NCBI RefSeq assembly: GCF_001194135.2
Contig: NC_068989.1
Location: 10,588,270 to 10,652,269, forward strand
Reading direction: 5' to 3'
Source of the DNA: Octopus bimaculoides
Taxonomy: Eukaryota
DNA length: 64,000 nucleotides
Positions 1 to 14,699 of this stretch are shown one piece after another. A program made the translations under genes and the position numbers. Below the pieces are notes generated by a model. The model searched no databases. It was not told the origin of the DNA and saw nothing but the letters and a program-made list of their open reading frames with translations. The first letter of the stretch is position 1, and each line of letters opens with the position of its first letter.

Positions 1-1430
1 TCTGAGTGTCCTATAATCATTCAGAAGTCACTTATTAAACAACAAAAATAAAGATAAAGACGTCGAATAAATTAGGATCTCACAAGATCTACAGAGTTAG
101 GAGGAACTTCTCAAGAAGCAAATACCCATCCCTACAAATTATTACTGTGTGCTAATATTCCACATGGCTTTTGAACTATTGTAGAATACATTGCATGCCA
201 AACTCCAGTTTCTGGCCTACATACTCACTGTATTTTCTGTTTTTCCTCATTCAGAAGCTAGTTGGCTTTGTGTTGCAGGCACCCCCAATTCACTCATTTC
301 TGTTCCTCACTAAACTCATATTGCATCCACTGCACAATATGTCCAGTCCTCCCTTCACCGGAACAGTTCCTCCACCTCTGGAATTACCTCCACCTCTGGA
401 ATTACCTCCATGTCTATGTCTTTTTCTTACCATCAACTTGCGTTTATTCAAGAGGAACATTGTGTTGATTTCACTTGTCCCTGATAGACTGGGATGGCTA
501 TGGGCCCAGCTTCTTTCTTCAGACCAAACAAATAAAATTGCATACCAACAGACATGTTTACATTGATATGTAACTCAGAAAATGATATTAGCATCGATTG
601 GGAATGTAGCTCTACTTGGTCTTGAGATTATTATATCTTATTTTCAAGAATATGCTATCAGAATATTCTTTTCTACTCTAGGCACAAGGCCCCAAATTTT
701 TTAAGGAGGGGCCTAGTCGATTAGATCAACCTCAATATGCCTGCTCGTGAAATTAGCATGCAAGTGACTGAGCAATTCACAGACACGTGTACCCCCAACG
801 TATTTCTCAGGGAGACTCAGTGTGACACAGAGTATGACAAGGCTGGCCCTTTGAAATACAGGTACTACTCATTTTTGCCATCTGAGTAGACTGGAGCAAC
901 ATGAAATAAAGTATCTTGCTCAAGGGCACAACGCGCCGCCGGGAATCAAACTCACGATCGTGAGCCGAATGCCCTAACCACTAAGCCACACGCCCTCACA
1001 CGAATGTTTACAATACATACATAAGGTATATGAGTAAATAATCCCAAATAGAATTTTAGACAATTAAGCCAGTGCTGCTGTGAATAATTTAGTTTGCATA
1101 TCTGTGTTTTTGATGGTTTTTCATTAAGTAAACAGGTCAATGTTTACATCTTTCATTCACAACATATTGTGAATAAGAAATTCTGTAACAAAAACTTATA
1201 TATTACTAAGCCTTAGAAAAAGTTCTTATACAGTTATTTATCACAACTAAATTTCGGAGTGTAAGGGTAAATATCCAATCTCTTTCTCTGCTATTCTTAG
1301 TTTTATTGCACCCAAATTTACTGTAAGGTACCAACTACATTTGACACTTTCAAAGTTTGTTTATAAGATGTTGTCACATTCGAAAAGCTATAATTTAGCA
1401 TTAAAATTAAGAGCATTTTTTTTTATGTCA

Positions 1431-1503
1431 GGGGCCATTTAGCATAATGGTAGAACACTCAGCTGGTATCTAAGGGGTACAGGTTCAATTCCCATAGCCA
1501 CCA
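1431..1503 (+). other. Degenerate tRNA-like sequence (pseudo-tRNA or SINE head)
   Basis: A-box-like TAGCATAATGG and B box GGTTCAATTCC; acceptor and T stems are mispaired. Confidence 0.45.
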
Positions 1504-1672
1504 CCTGGCTACTTTTTTTCCCATTAGGTAAATACCTAATTTTCTCTGTTGTTCTTTACTGCATTCGAAATTTACTTTCTTGTGTGTGTGTGTGTGTGTG
1601 TGTGTTGAGAGAGATAGAGGGAAAGAAAAAGGTAGAGAGATAGAGGGAATAATAAAATTTTGAAAGCCTTAC

Positions 1673-1901
1673 TTTCAACATTATATATCTGCATTTCCAA
1701 ATCGTCAAAACGATCCTTGAATTTTTCCACCATACGAGTGTTTAAGCTGTTTACAATGTTTTGTTCGATTTCCCAGTCATTGATCAAACTCATGATTTTA
1801 GCACCAACCAAATCAATAGTTTGCTGACCAAGTTCCCGCCAATGGCTTGCAGTAGAAGATAAAGTAGTAGATGAACTCCATTTAGTAAGTTCTGTTTTTA
1901 C
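1673..1901 (-). CDS. Gene A exon 8 ([10 protein letters not shown]...QIYNVE-S)
   Basis: Acceptor ctgtgtccAG; donor GAAA|GTAAGG (phase 1). No next exon found in the window. Confidence 0.85.
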
Positions 1902-3312
1902 CTGGACACAGAAGGATGAATTTTATGTTAGCTAAAATATATTTGGAAAATTATAAAGTTTTAAAGAGTTACAAAAAAAAAAAAGGACTTGTTCCGAGGT
2001 TAAAAAAGCAATTCATTTTATTGAGTGTATTTGTGCAAATTATATTGAGTGGAAGAATTTTCTACTAAATAGCATATTCAAAATCACAACAAAGTTTTTG
2101 AGGAATGCAAATCTTGGAAATACAATTCTAACAACTCAGCATTCTTATAATGCTCTTGATATTCATAATCAAGTATTTCTGATGAGAATATTTTCCAGAT
2201 TTAAACTTTGTCTTCAGATTGATGTATAATTTATTAGTCAATGACAAACAAGGACGAAACAATATGTTGGTGTTTATACTTGTGTGGCAAGTAACTTGAT
2301 CTGAAACTATGTGTTGGCTTGATCTGACATCAGCGTCAGTGAACAGGTTGCAGTGGGTCGACAAATATTTTTGTGCCTTTTGAAGTATATTAAAAGTGAT
2401 TGTAACAACTTTTGTGTGAAGTAAGATGGCTAATGCAGCTCTTCCACCATGTAGCAATTAAGCAGTTCATTGATTTAATATTGTATTACCAACTGTGTTT
2501 GTGGAATCAACTGGCAAAGAAAGGATTAGTTTTAAACTTTGAAAAAACTGGTTTAGATACAATATTAGTAAGCAAGCTTTTTTGTCATGTGAATGGATTA
2601 ACAATATATGTAACAGAGAGCTGTGTATTTATCACTATCAGAAATTATATATCTAGGATCAAGCCATGTAATAAAACTAAAAAAAAGATTTGGTCTCTTA
2701 TCACTACGAGATAATAGATTGTTTATTCAGTTGGGATTCTGTTCAACTCATAGATCTTATCCCGAGTTGATTGAAATGTATCATTGAAACTGAACTGTAC
2801 TCTATTTGTGTCACTTTATACAATGATGGGTGAGTCTGTGAGTTGAATGATAATACCAGGTAGTATCATTACTAGCTTATACTGGTTTCAATTAATTCCA
2901 AGATCGACTTATCTGCTTTCTGTTGTCTATGGATATTAGAATCATTGCACCAGTAGCTTTTGTAAACCATAACACTTTATTGTGGTTGAAATCTACCTAG
3001 AGCAGTAGTTCCCAAACTTTTTCATGCTCCTGCCCCCTTGGCACCCAGGACACATTCCTAGCACCCCCTCACCCTCCTTACCACATATATAGACCATTTT
3101 TGCAGCAAATTCAAAACAACTGGAGTTCACAAATAAAACTTAAACCTAATTTACCTACTGATATATTTTCTAACATCTATCACCCCATTTTGGCCACCCC
3201 ACTTTTATCATACCACTTTTCTTCAATGCCGCCTAGATCTTTCCACTGCTTCCAAGTGGGCAGTACTACCCACTTTGGGAACCACTGATCTAGAGTTGTG
3301 TGATAATTGTCT

Positions 3313-3345
<33 letters not shown>

Positions 3346-6300
3346 TTTAATTCCATATTTTCCCACGAAATTAGTAGAAATAGACCTGACCTGAATGTTT
3401 GCAACAGAGTGAACTCTTTGAAGGGACACATGGGCCAGCTGGTGATGTTAAATGAAACAACTCCCTTATAAACCTAGGCCCACATTTAAGCATAAAGAAT
3501 ATGAAAGTGCTATGTGCTAGCAAGTAGTTTCAAATGTTGCCTCATGGTTTTAAACCAATCAAAATCAACTTGCTTAAATTTTGAGAATACTGATTTCAAA
3601 TTTTGGCACAAGGCCAGCAAATTTGGGGGTGGGGTCTAGTTGATTACATCGATTCCAAATTTCAGCTGTTACTTACTTTATTGACCCCGAGGGGATGAAT
3701 GGCAAAGTCAACCTCGGTGGAATTTGAACTCAGAACATGAAGACAGACGAAATACCTCTAAGCATTTTGCCCGGTGTGCTAACTATTCTGCTTGCTTGCT
3801 GCCTTGCATTTTTGAGAATATTAGTACTAGTTTCTTCATATCAAAAGAAACAAGAGCACCCAGAGAGTGCAAACCTCCACCAAGGCAACACCAACGTCCT
3901 CTCAACGATTAGCTAGAAACGATTTTTAAAATGAGAATATCTGAAATAAACTCGACTGCTCTCACAAACGAGAATACTAAAAATGAACCCGACTGCTCTC
4001 AAAAGTTAAGTAAAAGAACAGGAAAAATAACCCAGAATCCTTGTCCGGTACTGGATTAATCCCAAAATCTAATCAGTTTGCGCTAGTCATGAGGCCAAAC
4101 ATCCCTGAAAGCTCCATCTGAATCCATCCAGTAGTTCCTGAGATATCTTGTCCATTGACAAACAAACATGACTGAAAGCAACACCTCCACCTTCGTTAAG
4201 GCAGAGGTAATAATGTAGGAAGTTTTATTGTTGTTGATTCTAATGAGAAACCTGAAAATACATGCTTTTATACATAGACTTAGTACTTTAATCAGAAATT
4301 AGAAAAGAAGTCTTGTTACCGCTTCACTTTTCAGATACGAAATAAATTCAGATTTGATTATGGCCAGCTCCTGTTGTATTTGACTTCGCATCTCATTAAT
4401 AAAAGCGATAGATTTTTTTTCTAATGTTGAAATCTGTCTTCGCAATGTAGAATATAGTTCAGATTTGTTGACTAAATTACGATTTCCAGCATGAGTTTTA
4501 ACTTTTAATGAATATACTGATCTCTTCAAAAGACTGCTCAGCCATCTAAAGCAAACAGTAACAATAATAGTCATTACAACAATGATCATTGTGCCACATT
4601 AAATATAATTATTGCAACAACAATAAAAAAAAAAAAAACTATGTTAACGACTGCAAATATCTGTAAATTCTTTTATTCTTTTACTGCCTTCAGACATTGG
4701 AGTGCGATTGTCTAGGGGCATCATATTTCAAAGATTTTTAGTTCAATATGTCGCCTCCAGTTTGACTAAGTTTATATTTTAGGTCAATAAGGGTTGCATG
4801 ACAATCTACGATTTACAATAGTACTGGGATCGATTTGTTTAACTAAAGCCTTTTAAGGCATTGCCCCATCATTGCTCCTGTCCAATAACTCAAACCAGTA
4901 AAAGTAGAAATTAATATATNNNNNNNNNNNNNNNNNNNNNNNNNNNNNNNNNNNNNNNNNNNNNNNNNNNNNNNNNNNNNNNNNNNNNNNNNNNNNNNNN
5001 NNNNNNNNNNNNNNNNNNNNNNNNNNNNNNNNNNNNNNNNNNNNNNNNNNNNNNNNNNNNNNNNNNNNNNNNNNNNNNNNNNNNNNNNNNNNNNNNNNNN
5101 NNNNNNNNNNNNNNNNNNNNNNNNNNNNNNNNNNNNNNNNNNNNNNNNNNNNNNNNNNNNNNNNNNNNNNNNNNNNNNNNNNNNNNNNNNNNNNNNNNNN
5201 NNNNNNNNNNNNNNNNNNNNNNNNNNNNNNNNNNNNNNNNNNNNNNNNNNNNNNNNNNNNNNNNNNNNNNNNNNNNNNNNNNNNNNNNNNNNNNNNNNNN
5301 NNNNNNNNNNNNNNNNNNNNNNNNNNNNNNNNNNNNNNNNNNNNNNNNNNNNNNNNNNNNNNNNNNNNNNNNNNNNNNNNNNNNNNNNNNNNNNNNNNNN
5401 NNNNNNNNNNNNNNNNNNNNNNNNNNNNNNNNNNNNNNNNNNNNNNNNNNNNNNNNNNNNNNNNNNNNNNNNNNNNNNNNNNNNNNNNNNNNNNNNNNNN
5501 NNNNNNNNNNNNNNNNNNNNNNNNNNNNNNNNNNNNNNNNNNNNNNNNNNNNNNNNNNNNNNNNNNNNNNNNNNNNNNNNNNNNNNNNNNNNNNNNNNNN
5601 NNNNNNNNNNNNNNNNNNNNNNNNNNNNNNNNNNNNNNNNNNNNNNNNNNNNNNNNNNNNNNNNNNNNNNNNNNNNNNNNNNNNNNNNNNNNNNNNNNNN
5701 NNNNNNNNNNNNNNNNNNNNNNNNNNNNNNNNNNNNNNNNNNNNNNCACAAACACATACATATATATATATATATATACATATATACGACGGGCTTCTTT
5801 TCAGTTTCCGTCTACCAAATCCACTCACAAGGCTTTGGTCGGCCCGAGACTATAGTAGAAGACACTTGCCCAAGGTGCCACACAGTGGGAATGAACCCGG
5901 AACCATGCGGTTGGTAAGCAAGCTACTTACCACACAGCCACTCCTGCACCTAAAGTAATGTTCACCTCAGCGGGATTTGAACTCAGAATGTAGAGAGTCG
6001 AAAGAATTACCCCCAAAACATTTTGTCAGACTATCTAACGAGTCTGTCAGCTTATGTATAAATTGAATAAAGTTAAAACATAATTTTGAATAACCTAAAA
6101 TGAAAACAAAGCGACAAAGGCTTAACATCGATCCAAACTCTCTTTGAATATCATTTCACATCCTTTCGGCAACATTTTTTTAATCACCAAGTGATGGATA
6201 AGGAAAAAAGTATTAAAAATCAAAAAATACAGTAAAAAAAAAAGAATAAAAGAACATATGTATATAATATTTACTTGTAACTTCTAAGGATTTTGTTTTT

Positions 6301-9300
6301 CATTGTAGCTGGAATTAATGTTTTCATGGCTGTATAGAAAAGCTGTAGTTCAGCTGGTGGTTGTTCGTCTTGTAACTTGATAAGCTATACATAGAAAGAA
6401 AAATAACAAAAATAAAACCAACAGTTTACATCACCTTATTCATAAGCTATAGAAGCGTGCAAATCGGTTTAATGCAAATGGCTTTAGGTTTCTTTGTTAA
6501 TCTCGACAGTAATGGGACTAACCACTTATTAAGCACCAGAGAATAATTTTTCTTTCCAATTCAGTTTACGAATTTATCTCATCCCCGTAGACATTTGTTA
6601 CCCGAAATGTTAGTAAACTGAAACTATTTTTCCCATTGGAAATTGAAAAGAAGGCACACCCCAACAATATTATTTGAATATTGAATAGGCGCAGGAGTGG
6701 CTGTGTGGTAAGTAGCTTGCTTACCAACCACATGGTTCTGGGTTCAGTCCCACTGCGTGGCACCTTGGGCAAGTGTCTTCTACATAGCCTCGAGCCGGCC
6801 AAAGCCTTGTGAGTGGATTTGGTAGACGGAAACTGAAAGAAGCTCGTCGTATATATGTATATATATATATATGTATGTGTGTGTATATGTTTGTGTGTCT
6901 ATGTTTGTCCCCCCAACTTCACTTGACAACCGATACTGGTGTGTTTACGTCCCTGTAACTTAGCGGTTCGGCAAAAAGAGACCGAAAGAATAAGTCCTGG
7001 GGTCGATTTGCTCGACTAAAGGTGGTGCCCCAGCATGGCTGCAGTGAAATGACTGAAACAAGTAAATGAGTAAATCAAGGGGTGTTTGTACCCAATATTT
7101 CTATTGTGTGTGCAGACAACGGAACCCAGACATGGTAATTCAGACATGTACTTTTTATAAAGGTACTTTCTATAGTATTTCCAAAGTGCTGATTCCAAGT
7201 TAGGTGAATAGAATATAAATAACAACGGTGTACAGGTGTCAATTCATTACGGCTGTTTCAAGCAGCTCCATTTCATTACCTCCGCCAAGGAAGGAGGTTA
7301 TGTTTTCATTGGTGTTGGTTTGTCCGTCTGTGTGCAAAATAACTTAAAAAGTTGTGAACGGTATTTGATGAAACTTTCAGGAAAAATTGGTAATGACACA
7401 AGGAACAGATGATGAAATTTTTGTAGTGATTCGGGAATTTTTATAGATTCTTGAAAGATTTTTTCATTTGTTATATTTACTTTCCATGAAGTATTACAAC
7501 GTTATGTTCTTTGATTATCTTCTTTGAAAACATGTTTATTGTTTTCCTGTAACCTATGGTGGCGTTGCTGTTTCCAAAGTTTATTTTCGTTTCTCTATTA
7601 GTAATTTTACTTGCGTATCTATGTATTATAACTGCTTCAGATGATTCCTGTTTTTTAATTTTTTTTTTTTAAATCATATAGCTGTGTTATTTTTTTTTAA
7701 CCTTGCCAAGGAGGTTATGTTTTTGCTGGCGTTGGTTTGGGAAATTGGGCGATTTTCAGCATATGGGTGGAAATGAGCTGCTTGGCGGAGGTCGGAACTC
7801 TCCAAGTGCTTTTGTAGTTGATTAATGAAAACATTACATCAATTTGAAAGAAACCGTTCTCATCAGATGAATGCATAGATTTCAAACATAAAGGATAAAC
7901 CATTTTTAAAAACAAATTTACATCAATAATGGAAACTAAAATATTTACATTGTTTCCTTTTGTTATAACTGTGGCACAATGAGTTTAGAAAATAATGTAT
8001 ACCTTGTTGAACCTACTATAGTTTAGAAAGTAGCAAAGGGAATAGTTGGGGTGAGTCAACATGAAAAGAGTGGTGAAATAGTTACTTATATTTAGAAGAC
8101 TTTATGTAATATGTAGTCTTCAACCATTTAGAAATTCAGCCCACTGGGAGTTGTCAACTGTGTTCTAATTAATGGTGATAAATCAATTAATGTCAGACAA
8201 TCTACTAGACCATATATCTAGCTTTATCTACATAAAAGGGTAGGTTGCAAGGCTGGTAGTAAGAAACCGGCTGATGGGGAAGGGGTGGTAATTGGAAGAA
8301 AGACGGATGGGGTGGCTAATGCTTATTTAGTTTATCAAATAAAGGGGAATATAATGAAAAACCAAAAGAAATAAATAATATAAACTTTAGGGGTGGATAT
8401 TAGAATTGAAGGATACAGGAGGTAGTAATTTATAACTTTGTAAATTTATAGTTTTAAATTAAGTTACATTCATCATAGTGTCTGTAATTGTGATAAGAAA
8501 CTCAGAGTGCCAATGGAGTGAGCCTCAACTTCACATGCATACACATACATACACGCACACACACTTTTTCTGTCACATGCACATGCACATACGTACACAC
8601 ATGCACGTGCTAATGCCTGCATATACATATGTATTATATATGATTGAATATGTAAGGAGAGTAAAATCAAGAACTCAATACAGGTTACGTAGATAGCTGC
8701 AAAGCAAACAATTACATTTGAACAAATTTATTTGTTTTTAAACGAGAGACAATTCTTTCACTCTTTAATAAGGACCGTCAGAAACTAATATATTCGATGA
8801 CTTGTTATGTTTGAAGAATCACTCAGGAATTGTCCTGAAATTGAACAGAGTGAAATAGAAAAAAATAATGACTTACATTGCTGATGGAAAGACAAATGAG
8901 CTGTTCATCCTGTAGATTGGGATAAAATTTGCGAAGCTTATGTAACGTGTCTTCTCGAACTTCTTGCTTTTCACTGACCGGAATCGATTCCCATTTGTTG
9001 CTGACGAAAATAGTTGCTTCTGTGAGATATTCCACTTCCGAGCTACCTTCATTGATAACCCTTAACAATCTTGACAGCTGTGATATCAGAAATATATAAA
9101 ATAAGATGATGATAAAGTAAAATAATGGTTAATTTATTAGAACAAGACATTAATTCTTATTTTCTTTCCACAACCCAGAAAGCTTTCCAGATCGTCTTTG
9201 CACTGTGTCTGTTTTTCTATAAAGTTGAAATATACTACCCCGAATGGGATGCCAGTCTATTGCAAGTAACAGATTCACTTATGGCAGTGGTGGTGATTGT

Positions 9301-10217
9301 GGTGGCTTAACTTTTCTGTAAAAGTTATTTGTTGATATTTTGCTTTCGTATTTGGTTTGCAAGGTTCTTGATGTGAACTCGTATGTTGAAACATATTTTG
9401 TTGTACTTCAAGAGGGTCATTATACCAATGATAAATGCATGCACTAGTTTTATTTCATTTCTTTATTTTTATTAGTCAATTTAACCATTTAAACTAATTA
9501 ACTAATCAATTGTTTGATTAACTGTCTGGTTAATCAAATCACTCAGCTAGGCAACGAAATGGTGCTGAGAAACCTAGCTGATTGATTGACCGAACAATTA
9601 ATGAAATAATCAATTAGCTAATTGGTTAAATGGTAAAACAGTTGACTAATATACATAAAGAAGTGAAATGGAATCAGTGTATGTGTGCTTGTTATTGGTA
9701 TAATTCTTCAGCACTCAAAATATTTTAACAATTCTTTTAATACAATTCCTACTAATATTTAATTTTTAAATATATATTAGGATTTTTAGAAACATCAAAT
9801 GGCTATGAGGGTCCATTGGTGTAAAATTGCAATCAAAGGGGTCTATAGGTAAAAAAATGGTTAAGAGCCACTGATGCAAATCATATTTTGTGATTCATCA
9901 TGTAAATAAAACTTAACTTGGGAGATATTTCAGACACAAATCAAAAAATGTTCAGGTTTCTGGGGAAATGTATGGAGAAAACTTTACACAGAGAAATAAC
10001 AAAATTTGTTTTTGTACCAAACATGAAAAGAAGAAAAACAACAAAGACTTTACCTGATACAGTAAAATCATGGACCCAAAGGAACTTGTGATAGTTTTCG
10101 TGAGCAACAATTATTTTTCCTTAAGAGCATTCAAAGAAGAATTGAATAAGATTTTTGGATTTAGGTGAGAAAGAATGTAATGCACCGAGCTCTTGTCTTT
10201 TGTGTGTGTGTGTGTGT

Positions 10218-10252
<35 letters not shown>

Positions 10253-13200
10253 GTTGTTGTTGTGTGTTTGCAAGGGAAGAATGTAATGAAGTGAAGTGAT
10301 GCAGAGTGAAATGAGAAGCGAGTGGGGAGGACAGTGAAAGGTCATATGAATGGTGTACAACATGAATGAAGGCAGGAAATTAAAAAATGGAGGAGGAACG
10401 ATGAAGATCTTTGAGGATGGAAGATGAAGGGAAAAGGGTGTTTGAAGGAGGGAACCAGTACAAAGAGGAAAGCTGTACATAAAAATTAGGAACTCTTTTT
10501 ACTTGTTTCAGTCTTTTGACTGTGGCCATGCTGGAACACCACCTTTAGTCGAGCAAATCGACCCCAGGACTTATTCTTTGGAAGCCTAGTACTTATTCTA
10601 TCGGTCCGNNNNNNNNNNTTGGAAGCCTAGTACTTATTCTATCGGTCCGTTTTGCCGAACCGCTAAGTTACGGGGACGTAAACACACCAGCATCGATTGT
10701 CAAGCGATGTTGGGGGGACAAACACATACACGCAAACACATACACACACACGCACACACACACACACATATATATACATATATACGACGGGCTTCTTTCA
10801 GTTTCCGTCTACCAAATCCACTCACAAGACTTTGGTCGGTCTGAGGCTATAGTAGAAGACACTTGCCCAAGGTGCCACGCAGTGGGACTGAACCTGGAAC
10901 CATGTGGTTGGTAAGCAAGCTACTTGCCACACAGCCACTCCTACTAGGAAGGTCAAAGCATACAAAGAAGGTTGAAAATTGTAAAGTGGTATGGCGTATA
11001 GATACGCTGGTGATCCCTTGGTACAGTTGAGAGAAAAGTTGAAATAAATCAAAGTCATTACCCTGTCTTTTTGAACTCCACCAGCACTTGCAGCATTGAT
11101 GACATAAATAAAACCAAATGCTTTCGACATGTAAGATGCCAAATACGATATCATCTCTGTGTTCTCTCCAATTCCAGGGGTATCGACCAAAACTACACCT
11201 TCCTGTGTTGAACAAAATAAATAAAAATAAAAACAAAAAAAGAAGATTGTTTAATGTAAGTTTTTGTGATGTTGACACTAAATTAATATTAAAAAGGACA
11301 TAAGACAAAGTAAAATAAAGCGGGTTAAATAAAACTAGCTTATACAAAATCCAGTTCAAATCTGATTAAACAGATCGAATAAGGTAACTTATCTGAAGAA
11401 TAAATCATATCGAATTCACTTGTGCGCTGTAGTGATAGAATTGGAGAATACAGTATTACAATATGAAGACTTCTATATTTTCCTAAGCCAGTAGGATTTG
11501 AACTCAGTACTGCGAGTTAACAGAATGCATTTTAATGAACCAGTTAAATTTACTGAGTTAAAGAGAGTTACATGTAGGTTAATAGCGCAACGTAGTACAT
11601 GTAGTGGAGGCGCAATGGCCCAGTGGTTAGAGCAGTGGACTCGCGGTCATAGGATCGCGGTTTCGATTACCAGACCGGGCGTTGTGAGTGTTTATTGAGC
11701 GAAAACACCTAAAACTCCACAAGGCTCCAGCAGGGAATGGTGGCGAACCCTGCTGTACTCTTCCACCACAACTTTCTCTCACTCTTACTTCTTGTTTCTG
11801 TTGTGCTTGTAATTCAAAGGGTCAGCCTTGTCACACTGTGTCACGCTGAATATCCCCGAGTACTATGTTAAGAGTACACGTGTCTGTGGAGTGCTCAGCC
11901 ACTTGCACGTTAATTTCACGAACAGGTTGTTCTGTTGATCGGATCATCTGGAACCTTCAACATCGTAAGCGATGGAGTGCCAACAACAACAACAATAGTA
12001 CATGTGAGCTAGCACAGGCACCCGATTGCAAGCCGGTAATCTGACTCTATATCAATACAAGTAAAAGTGTATATAATATGCCAGTGAAATAAGTGAAATA
12101 AGATACAAAAGAAGTAGAATAAATTAAACTACGATAAAACACATATAAATTTATTTTTATTGGGTAAAAAAGTCAAATTTCTTAGTCTATTTAGTCAACA
12201 ACCAAAGGAAAAGGACATAGTCAACCCAGATGAGATTTGAATTTAGAAAGAAGTAAACCAACTGAATAATGTATTATCAATAGTTTATTTAAAATATTGA
12301 TGAGAATCTGAAGTTTTAAGGAGAGTATCAATAGTTTAAGTGAAGTGAATTAACTAGAGATCAATATCATACATGGAGTTCCTACATAGTCGCTTGACTT
12401 ACTAGAAACAGCAATTTAATCACCCTTAGATAATATCTTAATAAAGCAAAACATGTTAACTGATGATTCTCCTCAAAAACTAAATGATCAGATCTGGAAT
12501 GATTTTAATCTTAAGTTACGACTGACCACACAACGACATAACAATCTTATTTCATCTGGAGTTCAGATATTGACTTATAATGTTTGTCATATTTTATGTC
12601 ATACGTTACCTTAAGTACATTCGAGGGCCAAAATATTTTCACAATTGAACTTTCACAGTCAACATCTGGATCATTTGGCAATTGTACATAATCAGCAAGT
12701 TGCTTCAAACCTTCATTAGTATTTAGGTCAATTTGAAGTGGTGACTTACTGCTATCTTTGAAGTGCACTTTAGCATATTTAGAATTGTTTTGGCTCCTAC
12801 GGATCTCACAGAAGCATGCCGTGCAACAAAGAGGACTGACAGGTAAAACTTTGTGTTTGAGTATCATGTTGATAAGACTGCTTTTTCCGGATCCAGTCTC
12901 TCCTAAAGGAGAATAAATTATGTTAAGTATTTGAACATTTTAATGGAAAGCTTAAGCTTGATTTTTAAAAAAAATGACATTTACAGAAAAGTGAAAATTA
13001 TGTAGAGAGAAATATTAGCTTTCCTGCAAACATTAGTGAAATGAAAGACTACAACTGGTGAATTGAAACTCAGGTTTGGAACACAACAAACAAAGAACTT
13101 GTACATATTCTAAATTTTATTTTTTTGCAAGGTAAGATACTATGGCTGGCCACAAATATTTGATATTTAGATCTCATCACCATTCGTAGCTTTGATTAAA

Positions 13201-13822
13201 AGAAGCCAACTGAGAAAAGCTTTAGTGTATAAAGATATTAGCCTATATTTGACACAGCAATGATTGTGTGGTTAAGAACTTTGCATTCCAACCATGAATT
13301 TTGGTTTTGGTCACTCAGCACAACAAGATTGGCAAGCATCATCCATCATGGCTTTAGGTTGTCCCAAGTCCTGTGAGTAAAATGCGATTCACAGAAACTG
13401 TGTGGAAGGCTGATCGGAGGGATAATTTTTGTTCTTGGGCGGTCAATTTAATCTTTCATTCTGTTTAACATTTGGCTCCTGAGTGCTCTTTTTCGCAGAT
13501 TCCACACTATTCCATGCATTCTTGCCAAGTTCCTGGTTTTAGGAAAACTCACTCCCTTTCCCCACAAGTTACAAAGTCTTGAAAATGGTCATGGATATTG
13601 TGTTTCTGTCTCAGACTCAGTCATTACGAAGACACGAATTCTCATTTGGGAGCAGGGTTGTAAACACCCATCTCACTCCCGACATTGCGTTTTCAGTTGA
13701 GTTAATGTCAGATAACATGATAATATAAAGGAGTGAGATTAGAAATTTCTCTAACAATAGAATAACTCCAGTAGAATATTTCGGAGATGTATTAGTGAAG
13801 ATGTGTCTCTCATTGATTACTA

Positions 13823-13872
<50 letters not shown>

Positions 13873-14626
13873 TTCCGATTGAATTGTATTTTATTTCATC
13901 TTCTGACCAGGTCTCAACCTAAGGCACGTATATATTAGATGGAGAAATTTCCTGAGAATGTGGGCGGTTGAGGTCAACACAATTTTGAGTCTCATAGACT
14001 GTTGGTTTCCCAGGGGTCTAGTCAAAAATTTGTCAGTACCTTTCTTGATCATTCCCAGGGCACCTACAACAACAGGGATGGTTTTACTTTTTAATTGCCA
14101 TGTCTTAGATATCTCAATCTCAAGATCCCTATATTTCAACAGTTTTTCAAATTAACAGGCATATTTTTTCTTTTAGGTCTTTGATGACGATGTCTGGTCT
14201 ATTTTCATTTATTTGCTTGTCTGTATATATTGCACAGTCCTATAGGATGGTAATATTCTCTCTCTCGGTGACTGGCTTAGGATGGTGTTCATATCATACA
14301 CACACACACATGGATATATACCTCAATCAACCTTCTCACAGGTCAAAAATGATAAACAACTTCTTTCAGTTTCCATCTTCCAAATCTTCTCACCAGGCTT
14401 TGGTCTGTTAGGGCTTGTATTAGTAGAATGCTGTGCCTCCACCATTAGGGTCCAACCAACGGCTTTTGAGCCTTCATGTTTCAGGACACTTATCCTCACC
14501 TGGGCAATGCAAACTTTGTATAGCTGAGGATCTTTCTTGCCGGTAGTACAATAATAATAGCAACGACAACAATATTGATGATGATAATAATGACAACGAT
14601 GATGATGATGATGGTGGTGGTGATGA

Positions 14627-14699
<73 letters not shown>

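Noticed and set aside
171-1200. Next exon of gene A
   Set aside because: The candidate acceptor near 1185 gives stops in all frames, and the 171-566 ORF has no recognisable homology.
2128-2714. ORFs of 100-109 aa
   Set aside because: They do not fit the exon chain; [14 protein letters not shown] suggests a decayed LINE RT.
4843-5828. Long ORFs spanning N runs (also about 18-19 kb, 26-27 kb, 29 kb, 33 kb and 50-51 kb)
   Set aside because: Artefacts of gaps with no stop codons.
10579-10649. Direct repeat flanking a 10-N gap
   Set aside because: Probable contig overlap, not a true duplication.
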